From assembly GCA_036679605.1 (NCBI GenBank), contig JAZDCZ010000176.1, forward strand, positions 1 to 34,150: DNA of 34,150 bases, written 5' to 3'. The notes below the pieces were generated by a model. It was not told where the DNA came from. It saw only the letters and a list, made by a program, of their open reading frames with translations, and did not search any database. Each line of letters starts with the position of its first letter. Within the stretch, counting starts at the first letter, position 1. This stretch comes from Gemmatimonadota bacterium. Its GTDB lineage: Bacteria > Gemmatimonadota > Gemmatimonadetes > Gemmatimonadales > GWC2-71-9. A program made the position numbers and the translations under genes. Positions 1 to 9,167 of this stretch are shown here, one piece after another.

Positions 1-796
1 AGAGCTGACGCAGGACATCCTTCTCCATGTCGAACACCGCCTGTAGGTCATCGGTGGCGGCCCCGCTCGCAGCGACTTCACCCGTTGTGGTTCTAACCGC
101 TGACGCCGAGAGATTGATCTGTTCCCTACCGGGAAGGCTCAGCAACGTTCCCTGTATAACATGTTCGGCACTCATCAGACGGCCGGAACGCGCAGCGGTT
201 GCGGGATCGACCCGATCAGACTCGGCGAGTTTGAGTTCGTCAACAATGAGCTGGACCTGCTGCCGCTCGAGGAGTGTGCGAATCCGTAGCCGACCCAGAT
301 CCGAGACGATTAGATGTGAAAGTCCGCGCGCCAGTGGCGCGAGGTCATCGCGCCCACCCACGTAGCGAAACGGGAAGACAGCTATGGTGTTGGGTATAGG
401 TGGTTGGGTCGAGAGTTCGCGCTCACGTGCGACCGCCTTCTTTGCATATGCGAGGCGCTCCTGTCTAGCGAGTTCCAACATGCGACCGTTAACCCGCTTA
501 CTCGCCCTATTCGGTAAGCCGGCGTTGGCAAGGCGTGCGTATAAGGTCTGCGCTGAATCGGTGTGACCCAGGCCTTCGAAAACCGCGCCTAGGACAAGGA
601 GGCCAAGCTGGTCGTCGGGGTGGACCACGAGCCACGTTTCCAGCACTTGCCGGGATTGCTCATAGAGTCCGGAGCGCATGAGTGATTTTGCCTGAGCGAC
701 GGGTTCACTGGGGGTAAGCTGCGCCGGTGCCATACACGCAGTCGAAAGGGCACACAGACACACCGCGACCAGCACTGTCAGAGATGGACTTCTCAC
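1..796 (-). CDS. Predicted lipoprotein with an N-terminal TPR-like region and a CsgG/FlgO/TolB_N-like domain; 3' end runs off the window
   Basis: Absent from the ORF track. Hand translation from GTG 796 (alternative TTG 808) is open to base 1: MRSPSLTVLVAVCLCALSTA-C (lipobox-like), TPR-like helices (YEQSRQVLETWLVVHPDD), then TIAVFPF...GLSHLIVSDL...LLERQQVQLIVDELKL...DPATAARSGRLMSAEHVIQG, a pattern typical of CsgG/FlgO-type folds. Confidence 0.8.
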   Translation of the reverse strand, partial: MRSPSLTVLVAVCLCALSTACMAPAQLTPSEPVAQAKSLMRSGLYEQSRQVLETWLVVHPDDQLGLLVLGAVFEGLGHTDSAQTLYARLANAGLPNRASKRVNGRMLELARQERLAYAKKAVARERELSTQPPIPNTIAVFPFRYVGGRDDLAPLARGLSHLIVSDLGRLRIRTLLERQQVQLIVDELKLAESDRVDPATAARSGRLMSAEHVIQGTLLSLPGREQINLSASAVRTTTGEVAASGAATDDLQAVFDMEKDVLRQL

Positions 797-930
797 AGCG
801 CTAGCCAATCGACCGATACCTGAGGGGAGGCGTCGATCTACTGACCTGGGCAAAACCTGGACAGGGGTAACCCAAATCATCCCAAACGGCTCCTTCGCCA
901 ATCAAACCAACAGCTCGGGCAGAAATGCCC

Positions 931-945
931 GCAAGGATTCGGCCG
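931..945 (-). promoter_or_regulatory. Possible sigma54 -24/-12 promoter for the CsgG-like lipoprotein gene
   Basis: The minus strand reads CGGCCG-AATCC-TTGC. GG-N10-GC spacing is correct and TTGC is intact, but the -24 box is imperfect. It lies about 135 bp upstream of the start. Confidence 0.3.
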
Positions 946-1255
946 CATCCCAGGCATGCTGGAGGCCGTGTTGGAGGACGGCTATAAAGGAAAAGGACCC
1001 ATATAGCCCTGTTGGAATGATGCGTCAAGGTGTTGGCACACATGCGAGTAGAGCACAACCCTACACCTCGGCATAGGGTTTGGAGGTTTTCGGCGTCCGG
1101 TCTGACGTTTTGGGCGATGCGCGGATGCAACAGCAAGCACCGGGCATGCGTCGAACTGAACCAGCGATCGGGTCGATGGTTGGACCGAAACAGTGCAGTT
1201 AATCACCGGCAGCAGAGGAGCCGCCGATTGCAGGAGGAACTGGTCTGTGGTCTTG

Positions 1256-3520
1256 CTACTGTCCGATGAGATCGTTCTCTCCTGCCGGCACGTGTTCGCG
1301 CAGGTAACGTGTCAGCAGGTGAAAGAGGTGGAGCCTGGTGCCGCGGCCCTCGAAGATCCCATGCGAACGATTCGGATACGCCATCATGGTGAATGGCTTG
1401 TTGTGTTCGACCAGCTTGTTGACGAGTGCTTCGGTTCCCTGAAAGTGCACGTTGTCGTCGCCAGTTCCGTGTACGATCAACAGATTTCCCTTCAACTGCT
1501 CGGCGTACGTGATCGGTGATCCCTTTCTGTAGCCTTCAGCATTGTCCTGCGGCAAACCCATGTAGCGTTCCTGATAGATCGTGTCGTAATAGCGTTGGTC
1601 TGGGACAGGTGCGACTGCCATGCCAGTACCGAACACCTCCGGATAGCGGAACAGAGAATTTAGAGTTTGCGACCCGCCGCCGCTCCAGCCCCAGATGGCG
1701 ATGCGGGACTGATCGACAAAGGGATACTTCTCAATAATTCGGCGCACTCCGTTCGCCTGGTCTGCCGAAGAGATGGTCCCGATTTCGCCGTATATGATCT
1801 TGCGCCAATCGCGACCGCGTGGGGCGGGAGTGCCGCGGTTGTCGATGCTCATTACGACGTAACCCAGTTCGGTCAGGTAGCGATGCCACAGTGCGCGGCT
1901 GCCGCCCCACCGGTCCAGCACTGTCTGGCCAGCCGGTTCGGCGTACACGTAGAACAAGACGGGATACTTCTTCGAGGGGTCGAAGTCATGTGGTTTCATG
2001 ATCCAACCGTCCAGAACCACGTCTTCGCCGATATCGACTCGAAAGAATTCGGTCGCTGCGGTTTGGAGACTCGCTATCGTGCCCTTCAGGCGCGCGTTGT
2101 CGATAAGTGTGCGAGCTACATTGTGATTGGGAAGTGAGACGAGACTGATCACTGGTGGCGTCCAGAAAGTGGAGTATGTGTGGAACCCCCAGCTGCCATC
2201 AGGCGACAGTTGATAGCTATGAGTTCCCCGGGCGTCGGCGGGTGAGAGACGCTTGGCGTCCATGCCTCCGTCGAGTGGAACGCGGTAGAGATATCGCTGT
2301 GTCGGATTATCAGGCGTAGCGATGTAATACAACCATCCGCCGGTTGCGTCGATAGCCTGAACGCTCAGTATGTCGCTTCCGGCCGGGGTGATTGGCTTGA
2401 CGCTGGAGCCGTCACGCGAAATCAGATACACGCGGCGCCAGCCATCCCGCTCGCTCACCCAGGTGAACTGTGACCCACCGTTCATCCAACGAAGATCGTC
2501 TACTACGTCGACCCAGGCGTCATCAGTGTCGGTGAATATTGTACGAACAGCGCCGGTAGCGGCATCGCCGAGCATGACCCGATTTGTGTTCTGAAGGCGG
2601 TTTAGGTGCTGGATCACGACCTCGTCTGAATTGGCCGCCCAGTCCATGCGCGCGGGATAGTTGTTGCGTGGGTCACCCGGAATTTGGATCCAGGTTGTTT
2701 CACCTCCTTCGGCGGGGATGATCCCTACCTTCGCTGCCGAGTTTGTTGTTCCTGCCTTGGGATATTGTACGGGGATCGTGAAGGAGTAGAGAGAGTCCGT
2801 GTTGTTTATCAGTAGGAAATCTCGCACGCCAGAGGCGTCGAGCTGCCAGTAGGCGATCTTCGTCCCGTCGGGACTCCAGCGAAACCCATCTCTTAGGGAA
2901 AACTCCTCTTCGTACACCCAGTCGAACGTGCCGTTGATAGTCGTAATAGATCCGTCGTGTGTGAGTTGAGTGATCGCGTCTGAATCAAGGGCTTGCACGT
3001 AGATATTGTGTTCTCGGACGTAGCCCACCCTGGTTCCGTCGGGCGAGAACTTGGCAAACATGAGAGTCGATTCGGGTGCATCGCCCCCCAAATGTTGCAA
3101 GTCTCCGGACTCGAGATCTAGCACCCAGTAGTCGCCGCGGGTGTTTCGCCGCCACACCCGCCGAGAGTTTGTGAAAACCAGTAGCTTCTTGCCGTCGGGC
3201 GACCAAGAATAGCCTTGCAGTGCCAGTGGAGTGTCTTGCCCCGCTGGAACGAGTTGGCTGGACGAGACCAGGATCTTGCGGGAGCCGGTTTCGGCGTCGT
3301 ACTCGACAAGGTCAAACGCGTTTTGCGACCGCTCCACAGTAGTGTAGCTGTTGTTGTCCAACCACCGAGCAGGCCCAAATCTATCCGGGAAGAAATCTGG
3401 GGAGGCGAAGATACGCTCGAGTGAAAGCGCTTGGGAAGCCTGGCCCGTCAAACCGCATGGAACGGTCAGCAGGGCCAAGAAGAGAGCAAGAGTCTTGTAA
3501 GGTCGCATGTCGGTACTCAT
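1256..3520 (-). CDS. Secreted S9B family dipeptidyl-peptidase IV-like peptidase
   Basis: Signal peptide; NGTFDWVYEEE (DPP-IV Glu-Glu motif); YPKAG; nucleophile GWSGGG; HGTGDDNVH (Asp); NRSHGI (His). Confidence 0.95.
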   Translation of the reverse strand: MSTDMRPYKTLALFLALLTVPCGLTGQASQALSLERIFASPDFFPDRFGPARWLDNNSYTTVERSQNAFDLVEYDAETGSRKILVSSSQLVPAGQDTPLALQGYSWSPDGKKLLVFTNSRRVWRRNTRGDYWVLDLESGDLQHLGGDAPESTLMFAKFSPDGTRVGYVREHNIYVQALDSDAITQLTHDGSITTINGTFDWVYEEEFSLRDGFRWSPDGTKIAYWQLDASGVRDFLLINNTDSLYSFTIPVQYPKAGTTNSAAKVGIIPAEGGETTWIQIPGDPRNNYPARMDWAANSDEVVIQHLNRLQNTNRVMLGDAATGAVRTIFTDTDDAWVDVVDDLRWMNGGSQFTWVSERDGWRRVYLISRDGSSVKPITPAGSDILSVQAIDATGGWLYYIATPDNPTQRYLYRVPLDGGMDAKRLSPADARGTHSYQLSPDGSWGFHTYSTFWTPPVISLVSLPNHNVARTLIDNARLKGTIASLQTAATEFFRVDIGEDVVLDGWIMKPHDFDPSKKYPVLFYVYAEPAGQTVLDRWGGSRALWHRYLTELGYVVMSIDNRGTPAPRGRDWRKIIYGEIGTISSADQANGVRRIIEKYPFVDQSRIAIWGWSGGGSQTLNSLFRYPEVFGTGMAVAPVPDQRYYDTIYQERYMGLPQDNAEGYRKGSPITYAEQLKGNLLIVHGTGDDNVHFQGTEALVNKLVEHNKPFTMMAYPNRSHGIFEGRGTRLHLFHLLTRYLREHVPAGENDLIGQ

Positions 3521-3669
3521 TGAAAGTGTGTTCTGGAGCTACAGGGATACAAATGGTACACAAGCGGCTGGCCCTGCGCTACACGAAGGGCAATCGAGAA
3601 ACTGAATCGCGGTTTGCCCGTAGTTAAAATGAGATCGCAGGCTACAAGGGCAATCAAGCGGAGGCTCAT

Positions 3670-3834
3670 ATGGGGACGTTGCTAGGATGGATCAAGGCCA
3701 TTCTGAAAATCGGGATTCTGGAGTTCTTGAGCCGTGTGGGGTGGAAGGTGCTGCTCAGCCTCTTGGCCGCGCTGGTAGTAGCGATTATCGTGATCGTGGT
3801 GCTGGTTGGGTTACTCGTCTCAGTAATTATTTGA
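3670..3834 (+). CDS. Small hydrophobic membrane protein (54 aa), hypothetical
   Basis: GGAGG at 3660-3664, then ATG 3670: MGTLLGWIKAILKIGILEFLSRVGWKVLLSLLAALVVAIIVIVVLVGLLVSVII*. Amphipathic helix followed by a long TM helix; below the 60-aa ORF-track cutoff. Confidence 0.75.
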   Translation: MGTLLGWIKAILKIGILEFLSRVGWKVLLSLLAALVVAIIVIVVLVGLLVSVII

Positions 3835-3880
3835 CAGCTGCGCCTGCTCAGTACGCAAACACGAGGGAATCGGACCGAAT

Positions 3881-4033
3881 ATGATCGAAATCGGTATTTT
3901 TGCCGTCCTGGCCATAGTAGGGATTTGGCTCTTGATCAAGGTGGTGAAGCTGGCCGTCCGGCTTGCGATCTTGGCGGCGCTGGCAATCGCGTTCTACTAC
4001 TTTGTGTATCCGCACCTGGAGCAGTTCCTTTAG
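3881..4033 (+). CDS. Small membrane protein with two hydrophobic segments (50 aa), hypothetical
   Basis: MIEIGIFAVLAIVGIWLLIKVVKLAVRLAILAALAIAFYYFVYPHLEQFL*. Two hydrophobic segments with a basic linker; GAGGGA/GGA upstream; the stop lies 1 bp from the convergent kinase stop. Confidence 0.7.
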   Translation: MIEIGIFAVLAIVGIWLLIKVVKLAVRLAILAALAIAFYYFVYPHLEQFL

Positions 4034-4034
4034 C

Positions 4035-7000
4035 TCATCCTCCGCCCGCCCGTTCCCCAGTCAACTGCACTATTCTCTCACGTACGTCACGCACATAGGG
4101 CTGTAGTTCAGGATCGGAGTTCTCCCACAGTTCGGCGAACCGACGGTAGTACTCGACCGCATTTCCCTTGTCTCCGCGCTGCTCGTACAACTCGCCGAGG
4201 CGTCGGAGCACGATTGGTAATTGTTGGGAGTCCATGCCAACTCTGCCAAGCCAAGGCGTGTTCAGGTATCGTTCATATATGGTCAGCGCCGAATCAGCAT
4301 TGCCCGCACGATCGTACGTGTATCCCAACTCGAAGAGATTGCAGATCTTGCAGCTCCTGGCGTTTTCGATAAGGGTCCTGAATTGCTCGGCCGCCTCCAG
4401 CGGTTTGCCCTGATAAAGGGATATCACAGCCCTGTCGTAGTCCCGCTCAACATCGGCCTTCTCCTCATCCAATACCTCGAGAGCACGGTCGGGAGCCCCC
4501 GCATGAGCGAAGGCCCGCGCGAAGTCTCGGTATGGGAGGTCTTCTTCCTTCAAATCTGTTGCGTACTGTTGCCACAAGTCTTCTAAAGTGGCGACCATAC
4601 GAGCGGTATCCAGCCCGTGCCAGTACTCGGCGTAGTGCAACTCGTTTTCAACCCTGACCTGCACGGCAATGCTTTCTCTGCGTTCTTCGTCCCAGATGCC
4701 TCGCTCGAGCAACAGATCCCATCCCTGCCGCAGCCACCGATTGCCTTCAGCCAGCTTGCCACGGACCGTCGATAGGGTTGCCATTCGGAAGGCAGTGTTC
4801 TGCTGCCAGCGGGGGGAAGTCCGCTGCTCCTCCCGCAGCCGGCGGGTGTGCCGCTCGGCGGCATCGTAGTCTCCTTGGGAGCTTGCGAGCCTCGCGGCCT
4901 GGCTGATGACGTTGGGACGACCCGGATTGATCCGGTCACTCTCGGCGAGCGTGGACTCGGCTGCGGCGAACTTGCCCTGGTTGGCTTGAGATGCGATCAG
5001 GCCCTCGTAGAGCTGCCCGGCTCCGGGTCCATTCGCGAGTGCCCGGAGTGCCAGGTTCTCCGCGTCCGACCACCGGCCGTAGTTGCGGTAATTGATCGCA
5101 AGATTGTTCAGTGCGGTACCATCGTCGGGGTGTTTGTCTAGCAGTGTCTCGTACCGTTCTATCGATTTCAGTTGGTCGTTCTCGACCAGAAACGCGTAAA
5201 GGGCCTCCACCAGATATCGCTCGCGCTCTGTGAGTCGCTGTCTCAACTCGTACGCTCGCGTAATGGCGGAGTCTGCCCGTTCTCCTTGCCCGGAGTTCGA
5301 CAAGTAGGCGGCCTGCCTTCGATACGCCATTGCGAACTGAGAATCCACTTGCATCGCCTCATCGAGCAGTGAAACGGCCCGCTCGTAATCGCCCACCCTG
5401 TTACCGATACTTCTCGCTTGTATGTAGATCCTCAGTGCCTCCATCGAACCGGTGGTGACTTGGGCCAGCGGCGGATCGGCCCGAACGGTCCGAAGCGACT
5501 CGCCAATGCGGCCTCTCAGCTGTGCCGAGAGGTCGTCCACGGCCTGAATGATGTCATCGGGGCCCGAAGCGGTCTCTTTGGCGAGAGCGAGTGTCTCTCC
5601 CGTTAAAGCAGCAACGACCCTCGCCGAAATCACGTAGCCGCTACCTATGGGAAGTATGTCACCGGTAATGAATGCCTTGAGACCCTGTCGCTCAGCCAGC
5701 TCGTGGGCTAATGCGGCGTTCATCGGTTCGTCTGCTGCCCGTTCCATGAGTCGCAGAACTCCGGCAAGTTGTCGCGGCTCCAGAACCGTCACCGCCGTCG
5801 ACTGCGCAATGGCGATCCGAAACAATTCAGTGACAGTTTCACCAAGTGTAGAGTCGGAAGTTCTGTTATCGAAATCGGCTAGTATGAGACGATCCTGTTC
5901 ATCGAGTACTCCCGACGCCGTAAGCGTTCCCACCGGTCCGATTCCCAGCACGCGCATCGCCATGTAAATGGCTACCGCTACGGTGAGGCCGGTAAACGCG
6001 CCCGCCCCACCCATCATCGCCGTGCGCCAAGTGAGCCAGTGCCGCGACAGATTCGTGCTGCGTACACCACTACTTGCGGCCGTCATCATCGTAGTTGCGT
6101 GTTGTCGCTCGACCCGTGCCGCGAAGAACATCACGGGAAGCCCGACCGCCAACAGTCCACCCGCGGCAGGCAATACCCAGTCGGGGAGGCCGAGTTGCAT
6201 CATCAAGAGGTAGGCGATGCCGAACACGGCCAGGGACCCAACGGCATAAAGGCCGAGGACGCGTCCCGGATGACTCCGCCGCAGCATCGTGGCCGCGCTG
6301 ACGCTTGCCATCGGAGCTGTTCCCGTGGGGGTCATACCTCCGGTGGGCGTAGTCATCACCTCGAACTGCGGCAACAGGTCTGTAGCACTTTGCCACCGGT
6401 CTGCGGCGCGTTTCTCGAGGCATCGCATCACAACATCGTTCAACTCCACCGAAACTGCCGGACGCCATTTCGTTATCGGGTCGGGCGAATCGGACATGTG
6501 AGCGGCCATCACGGCTTGGGGTGTAGGACCGGTGAACGGCGGTTGGCCACTCAGCATCTCGTACGCCAGCACGCCTACCGCGTATATGTCGGCACGGTGA
6601 TCGGTGTGTGGGTCGGCCGCCGCTTGTTCCGGCGACATATAGGCCGGTGTGCCGAGTGCTACACCCAATGAAGTCAGTGACGACCCGGACGATGCCGTAA
6701 CTGCCTTTGCCACGCCAAAGTCGGCAACCAGCGCATGGTTCCGTGACAAGAGAATGTTGTCGGGTTTGATGTCACGATGTACTACCCCCTCAGCGTGCGC
6801 ATATGCCAGAGCATCGATCACTTCTTTGAGGATCCGAAGGGATTCGGCAATGGGCAGTTCGCCTTCACGTTGGAGTTTGGCCCTGAGAGATTCCCCCTCG
6901 ATGAACGGCATCACGTAGTACAGCAGATCTCCGTGAGATCCAGCAGTGAGGAGTTGTACGACGTGAGGGTGCTGGAGCTTGGCGGCCAGTTGGATCTCGC

Positions 7001-7184
7001 GGTGGAATCGCTCGCGGTTGACGTCGGCGGCCATTTGCGGGGGCAGGACCTTGATCACGACACGTCGTGCGAGGGAGACCTCCTCGGCAAGAAAAACCCG
7101 GCTCATCCCGCCACCGCCCAGTTCTTTTTCCAGGTGGTAAGTATCGCCTATGGCTTCTTGAAGCTTATCGAATAGATCGGACAA
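4035..7184 (-). CDS. Hanks-type Ser/Thr protein kinase with about 3 TM helices, a TolB_N/FlgO-like domain and TPR repeats
   Basis: LGGGGMSRVF, VVIK, HRDIKPDN, DFG and GTPAYMSPEQ motifs; hydrophobic segments after the kinase domain; LILADFDNRT... domain; C-terminal TPRs. Start reassigned to TTG 7184, which has GAGG upstream (track start 7208). Confidence 0.95.
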   Translation of the reverse strand: MSDLFDKLQEAIGDTYHLEKELGGGGMSRVFLAEEVSLARRVVIKVLPPQMAADVNRERFHREIQLAAKLQHPHVVQLLTAGSHGDLLYYVMPFIEGESLRAKLQREGELPIAESLRILKEVIDALAYAHAEGVVHRDIKPDNILLSRNHALVADFGVAKAVTASSGSSLTSLGVALGTPAYMSPEQAAADPHTDHRADIYAVGVLAYEMLSGQPPFTGPTPQAVMAAHMSDSPDPITKWRPAVSVELNDVVMRCLEKRAADRWQSATDLLPQFEVMTTPTGGMTPTGTAPMASVSAATMLRRSHPGRVLGLYAVGSLAVFGIAYLLMMQLGLPDWVLPAAGGLLAVGLPVMFFAARVERQHATTMMTAASSGVRSTNLSRHWLTWRTAMMGGAGAFTGLTVAVAIYMAMRVLGIGPVGTLTASGVLDEQDRLILADFDNRTSDSTLGETVTELFRIAIAQSTAVTVLEPRQLAGVLRLMERAADEPMNAALAHELAERQGLKAFITGDILPIGSGYVISARVVAALTGETLALAKETASGPDDIIQAVDDLSAQLRGRIGESLRTVRADPPLAQVTTGSMEALRIYIQARSIGNRVGDYERAVSLLDEAMQVDSQFAMAYRRQAAYLSNSGQGERADSAITRAYELRQRLTERERYLVEALYAFLVENDQLKSIERYETLLDKHPDDGTALNNLAINYRNYGRWSDAENLALRALANGPGAGQLYEGLIASQANQGKFAAAESTLAESDRINPGRPNVISQAARLASSQGDYDAAERHTRRLREEQRTSPRWQQNTAFRMATLSTVRGKLAEGNRWLRQGWDLLLERGIWDEERRESIAVQVRVENELHYAEYWHGLDTARMVATLEDLWQQYATDLKEEDLPYRDFARAFAHAGAPDRALEVLDEEKADVERDYDRAVISLYQGKPLEAAEQFRTLIENARSCKICNLFELGYTYDRAGNADSALTIYERYLNTPWLGRVGMDSQQLPIVLRRLGELYEQRGDKGNAVEYYRRFAELWENSDPELQPYVRDVRERIVQLTGERAGGG

Positions 7185-7275
7185 GGGCGCCTCGTAGAAC
7201 GAACCCAAAGAATACCTCGCGTTACGCCAAAGGGCCAGTTCCTTTCTAGGTCCGGTGAAAGGATCCTAGAGTTCT

Positions 7276-8838
7276 CTAGCCCCTCCCGGCCACGGCCACT
7301 TGGGGAAGCTGCTCGTGTTCTGATTTGAGATAGGCGTTCGGGTCGTGATACAACGCTCCCTCGGGCAGCCAATCCCACAGCGGTCCCAGGTCTGTTCTGA
7401 TCGAGTCGATGTACGACTGGGGGATCTCTGTCGTTTCTCCCTCAAAGAAATCCCTGAATTTCTTGTCGGTGTTCAACCGGTCGCGCACACTAGTGTAGAA
7501 CTTGATCCGGCCACGGCCCTGCGAAGTCGCCCCGCGCAGCACGTTGATGTATTTCCATCTGGAACCGCCGTTGGCCTTGAGGCGATTGCGAATAGCCTTC
7601 CACGAGAACGTGTAGGCAGTCAAGTCCGCGAGGTAATTGAAGAACTCGGGCCAAGTATAATTCTTCGGCTTCAGGTTCATCGCGTGCTGGGTGTTCAAGA
7701 AGTGAAACGGCACTGGCACGATACGGTTTGCGCGCTGGTACTCCAAGTTGAGCGGAGCCGCCTGGCCAAACGCCGTAAGCAGCGAGTAGGCTGGATACGC
7801 GCCCGGTGACAGATCCACGAAGCGCTTCGTCAGCTCGAATGGATCGGGACCATCGTCGACGTCGAGTCCCAACACGAAGTTGGCCTGCAGGTAGGGGACG
7901 TAGTTGAGCACCGTGTTGATCTGATCGGCCACGCTCCTTACCTTCTCGATTCCACTGCCTTTCCCAACCTTTGATTTGTTACCCATTCCGAACCACGACT
8001 CTACACCTGGGAGAATGGCATCGAAACTGTTTCTCTTGAGGCGCTTCAGCCGCTCCTCCGACAAAAGCGAAAGGCTGGTCTCAGCAAAGAAAGTGATACT
8101 ACCCGGTGGTGCGGCCTCTTCGATTGCGCCCAAGTAGTCATCGAATCGAACACCGAAGTTGGGATCTTGCCACGCTACCCTCGGTCGCTTGAACTTCTCG
8201 AGGAGGAAACGGAGGTCCTCTTTGATCACGTCGAAGCTGAGTTGCTGATAGGGTACGGTGGAGTCAATGCAGAAGTTGCACGTGTAGGGACACCCCAAGC
8301 TCCCAATCATTGGGATCATCTTGATCATTGGTGCCTTATCTAACGTGGGCTCGATGAACTCCCAGCGCTCCTTGACACCGGGCAGCTCCTGCGGTTGCTG
8401 CTTGGCTGACAGGTGCATTCCTATCGGGCGATGCTGCGAGCAATCCTGCAGAATTTCTCGGATGAGCGTTCTGTCGGTGAAGCCCACTACATAGTCGAAG
8501 TACTTGACGGCGTCCTGTGGATAGCATCGTGCGTGCGGACCACCCAACACCGTCACCACGCCTCTGGAACGCAGCAGGTTACTCAGAGCATACGTGAGCT
8601 GTGCTGCATGAGAGAATGCACTGATAAAAAAGAGATCGATTTCTTTGGGCAGATCTTCCGGTAGTTTCTCGAAACCGGTATAACACATAAACTTGACGTC
8701 ATGTCCGTCCTGCTTGCACCATGCGCCCAGCATCTGAGGCATGATGCTGGCAAAGTTGGCATGCATCACTCGCGCCCACATCGATCGGGTTGGTGCCTTG
8801 GTTACGAGATCAAGGATCCCGATGCGAAGCTTTCGCAT
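7276..8838 (-). CDS. Radical SAM protein with an N-terminal cobalamin-binding-like domain (class B methyltransferase-like)
   Basis: CxxxCxxC in GCPYTCNFC; TVLGGPHA in the N-terminal Rossmann-like domain; GVES and FVLGLD motifs. ATG 8838 is preceded by AAAGGA. Confidence 0.88.
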   Translation of the reverse strand: MRKLRIGILDLVTKAPTRSMWARVMHANFASIMPQMLGAWCKQDGHDVKFMCYTGFEKLPEDLPKEIDLFFISAFSHAAQLTYALSNLLRSRGVVTVLGGPHARCYPQDAVKYFDYVVGFTDRTLIREILQDCSQHRPIGMHLSAKQQPQELPGVKERWEFIEPTLDKAPMIKMIPMIGSLGCPYTCNFCIDSTVPYQQLSFDVIKEDLRFLLEKFKRPRVAWQDPNFGVRFDDYLGAIEEAAPPGSITFFAETSLSLLSEERLKRLKRNSFDAILPGVESWFGMGNKSKVGKGSGIEKVRSVADQINTVLNYVPYLQANFVLGLDVDDGPDPFELTKRFVDLSPGAYPAYSLLTAFGQAAPLNLEYQRANRIVPVPFHFLNTQHAMNLKPKNYTWPEFFNYLADLTAYTFSWKAIRNRLKANGGSRWKYINVLRGATSQGRGRIKFYTSVRDRLNTDKKFRDFFEGETTEIPQSYIDSIRTDLGPLWDWLPEGALYHDPNAYLKSEHEQLPQVAVAGRG

Positions 8839-9167
8839 GTTTGTTCCTTTCAAACCAAGTGTTCTAGCAAGGTGTCGTGTTGTGAGTCATACTAACGCAC
8901 TTGCGCTTAGCTGACTCGGCTTTGCGGTCCGGCGACCGATAAGAATAGGCTCTTGTGGCGTTTGCTGCCAGATGCGGCCGGACCCTGTGAGCCCTTATGC
9001 AGTGGCGAAATCAATCGATGACTGTGCCAAAAAGTAGCGATTTCGTCCACGTATAGCCAAATTTGCTTATCTTCAAAACGTTCGGCCCGTCGTCCAAGGC
9101 ATCCCGGTCGGATTCAAGTAGCCGAGGCGACGGGACCATTGTGCCACATTCCATGAGGAGTCGCTCA

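Noticed and set aside
3687..3884. 65-aa ORF from the track
   Set aside because: It is an alternative frame over the 54-aa membrane ORF, which has the GGAGG RBS and a coherent hydrophobic profile.
8884..8975. c-di-GMP-I (GEMM)-like words on the minus strand upstream of the radical SAM gene (GCAAAC, GGACCGCAAAGCC, CUAAG...UAUG) and a hairpin at 8884-8917
   Set aside because: There is no GNRA-capped stem between the words and no downstream strand to pair with AGCC. Only a generic hairpin is supported; cmscan would settle it.
9000..9006. GCCACUG (cobalamin riboswitch word) upstream of a B12-type enzyme
   Set aside because: The other core elements (AGGGAA, GGGAAG and the B12 box AGYCAGRAGACCUGCC) are absent.
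9015..9030. TTGGCAC -24-like box on the minus strand
   Set aside because: The -12 position reads TCGA rather than TTGC, so the invariant GC is missing.
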